Of a stretch of DNA of 64,000 nt, positions 63,409 to 64,000 are shown one piece after another. The stretch is taken from positions 32,001 through 96,000 of IMG/VR virus record IMGVR_UViG_3300037518_000322; one strand, given 5' to 3'. The position numbers and the translations under genes were made by a program. The notes beneath the pieces were generated by a model. It made no database searches, had not been told where the DNA came from, and saw only the letters and a program-made list of their open reading frames with translations. Source of the DNA: a virus. How positions within the stretch are numbered: position 1 is the stretch's first letter; each line of letters opens with the position of its first letter.

Positions 63409-63654
63409 TCAGTCGTGCGGGCCGATGTAAGTCACGCTGGTGATGTCGTAGCCTTCGGTCTCGTCCTCCTGTGAGATGTTCACGGGGTCGTTGGCTTCCT
63501 TCGACAACTCGCTGTCGCTGTCCTGCATCTGCTGCTCGGCCCACTGCTGTAGGTCGCCGTCCAGGACGTCCTGTGGTACGTCCACCACGACGTTGATCCG
63601 TTCCGTGATGGTCTTCGTGTTTTCGCCCGTGATCTCGATCTCGGTGCGGGGCAT
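63409..63654 (-). CDS. acidic hypothetical protein
   Basis: AAGGAGG RBS; flanked by parS sites. Confidence 0.55.
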   Translation of the reverse strand: MPRTEIEITGENTKTITERINVVVDVPQDVLDGDLQQWAEQQMQDSDSELSKEANDPVNISQEDETEGYDITSVTYIGPHD

Positions 63655-63714
63655 TACTCCTCCTTCGGATGGCGATGTTTCACGTGGAACATAGTTCGAA
63701 CGGGTGTTCAATTC

Positions 63715-63912
63715 TCAGTCGCTGCGCTGTGCGCACTTCTCTTCGAGGAGCTGGGCCGTCAGGTCGACGTCGATGTCCACGCCCCCGTCCAACTGGCCGA
63801 TGTCCCTTTCGCGCATCTCGTCAGCGAACCAGTCGGCGCCGAAGTAGTCGATGCTGAAGCAGATGTCGTCCTTCTCCTTCTCGGTGGAGTCGTTCCAGGT
63901 GTACTCGATCAT
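63715..63912 (-). CDS. acidic hypothetical protein
   Basis: GAGGGG RBS; near the window edge. Confidence 0.5.
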   Translation of the reverse strand: MIEYTWNDSTEKEKDDICFSIDYFGADWFADEMRERDIGQLDGGVDIDVDLTAQLLEEKCAQRSD

Positions 63913-64000
63913 CCCCTCAGTGAGGGGGTCCGTCGTGGGCGTGGGTGTAGGGGTGGGGGGCTCGGGCGGCGGTGGAACCGACGCGGTGATGGTGACGGCC

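Larger units (their letters stand above)
59700..63691. repeat. parS: array of 11 identical parS sites TGTTTCACGTGGAACA
   Basis: Copies start at 59700, 60050, 60379, 61632, 61866, 62105, 62275, 62471, 62975, 63389 and 63676. All are preceded by GA and share one orientation. They match the bacterial chromosomal parS consensus TGTTNCACGTGAAACA. Confidence 0.9.

Noticed and set aside
59700-63691. Repeat array as a CRISPR array
   Set aside because: The repeats are only 16-18 bp and are separated by 150-1250 bp of coding DNA. There is no cas operon, and the sequence matches parS.
1-64000. Integrase/repressor lysogeny module, att sites, terminase
   Set aside because: None recognised in this window. 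Lifestyle (lytic versus plasmid prophage) cannot be determined from it.

Overview
The window is part of a high-GC, Streptomyces-type siphovirus (or phage-plasmid) genome. The + strand (1-25.7 kb) carries the morphogenesis and lysis block: HK97-type portal (partial), ClpP-type head protease, major capsid, several fibre/lectin proteins, head-tail joining genes, two paralogous tail-tube genes, a -1 frameshifted tail chaperone, tape measure, a large multi-domain tail protein, an amidase endolysin and holin(s). The - strand (25.8-64 kb) carries tRNAs, replication/recombination genes (intein-containing PolA, SNF2 and RecD/Dda helicases, primase-helicase, Sak4-like and Rad52-like proteins, a PD-(D/E)XK nuclease, a RuvC-like resolvase) and accessory genes (GT2, GT32, macrodomain, Tad2-like, AcrVA2-like, BldC-like). 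Two systems stand out. (1) A chromosomal-type ParA sits beside 11 identical host-type parS sites (TGTTTCACGTGGAACA, 59.7-63.7 kb). At least five of these sites lie inside ORFs, where they read as VPRETS. No ParB is visible in the window, and the ParA has Ser at the position of a conserved DNA-binding Arg, which suggests the phage hijacks or titrates host ParB. (2) A Ro60/TROVE gene is preceded by five Y-RNA-like genes (two with permuted tRNA domains) plus other tRNA-like and structured RNAs. All family assignments come from motif recognition by eye; no database searches were run.
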